DNA of 63,932 nt, filler included, from Choristocarpus tenellus KU-1152 (lineage: Eukaryota; Protista; Phaeophyceae): assembly GCA_964200185.2 (NCBI GenBank). It is 11 parts of 11 records of this genome, joined end to end, with 100 filler letters (N's around TTAATTAATTAA, not from the genome) between each part and the next. Parts side by side here need not be neighbours in the genome. Positions count along the whole stretch, not along the records: positions 60,798 to 63,932 come from CAXNAD020022074.1; 10 more parts are not named here. The stretch is one strand, 5' to 3'. Of the stretch, positions 63,200 to 63,932 are shown piece after piece. Made by a program: the position numbers and the translations under genes. The notes under the pieces were generated by a model. The model searched no databases, had not been told where the DNA came from, and worked only from the letters and a program-made list of their open reading frames with translations. The first letter of the stretch is position 1; each line of letters begins with the position of its first letter.

Positions 63200-63932
63200 A
63201 ACCTTTCATACCTTCCGATTCGCTCGCAGTTTCTCGCTCTCTTCCATGGTCACCCTGGATGCTTCCTCTGGATATTTTATCCGCTTTGGTGTTCCTTTCA
63301 TAACCACCCTAACTGTCTTAACAACCCTAACTAGAGCTACTCCACACATGTAGCCTCGAGGATAATAGTATCTCACGAATGACTTACGTGTGCTGACCAC
63401 CCTGTCTCACACCTGTTGACACCAATTTTCTGCTACATGATCTGTTCGCCTGTTGGTCTGTCTTATATTCTTCGAGATCCGGAGGTGGTGATAGCATTCT
63501 TGGCCTCACTTCGGTTTTATTACCCCACTCTCCCTCCCTACACTACGTCAATTTGCTGCGATCTGTTTTGTTCGTCCTCCACACTTGCTGGCCTTTCATC
63601 CAGCGAGCCCGCCCAGATGTATTTGTACCGATGACTGGCCTTCCAGCCAGTGCGTATAGGAATGTTTTACTCCCGGTCTTCTCTGGTCGCCTCGCAAAGG
63701 ATATCCGTCCGGAGTTCGAGGAAGCACTTCTTGCTCAGGTTTCCCCCAGTCCGCAAGGCGTGGTTTCCCCCAGTCCGCAAGGCGTGGTTTCCATTGTGCC
63801 TGAGCTTGTGGTTTCCCCAGAGAATCAAGAACTTATTCGCGAGGGCGTCCCTCTGGCAGCCCTAGCTCTTGGAGCTGCTGTAAGGGGGGGGGGGCGAGAT
63901 GATGTTGTGCAAGCCGTTCACCAAGCGGTGGG
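63200..63932 (-). mobile_element. Possible degenerate LINE reverse-transcriptase remnant
   Basis: Minus strand reads STGVRQG at ~63400-63420 within broken, GC-richer sequence; includes a 24-bp tandem duplication at ~63740-63790. Confidence 0.3.

Noticed and set aside
1-63932. A multi-gene cluster or operon linking CLC, PGS1, ATR, the glycosyltransferase and others
   Set aside because: The genes lie on separate contigs joined arbitrarily; adjacency across spacers carries no information.

Overview
Eukaryotic DNA, not a prokaryotic locus. It contains spliceosomal-intron genes, (TTAGGG)n-type interstitial repeats, a bipartite plastid-targeting presequence and a Pmp-repeat/multi-TM receptor, so it is most likely a brown alga or related photosynthetic stramenopile (inference). 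The window is an artificial concatenation of 11 short contigs joined by 100-bp N44-TTAATTAATTAA-N44 spacers, so synteny across spacers is meaningless. Splicing by hand gives phase-consistent partial gene models: ABHD13/Bem46 hydrolase, a small plastid-targeted membrane protein, a Pmp-like repeat plus multi-pass membrane protein, a CLC chloride channel/transporter, mitochondrial PGS1, an RWD-domain protein (probably GCN2), an ATR-like HEAT region, a ~1500-aa unknown protein, and a DUF2064/TIGR04282-like glycosyltransferase. The last family is linked in bacteria to arsenosugar gene clusters. Non-genic DNA holds degenerate Copia, Gypsy and LINE remnants, tandem repeats, and three MITE subfamilies sharing a G(A/G)(G/C)Y(C/G)AAAGTATCT terminal repeat with 3-4 bp target-site duplications. 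These MITEs sit at many contig breaks. All family assignments come from recalled motifs, not database searches.
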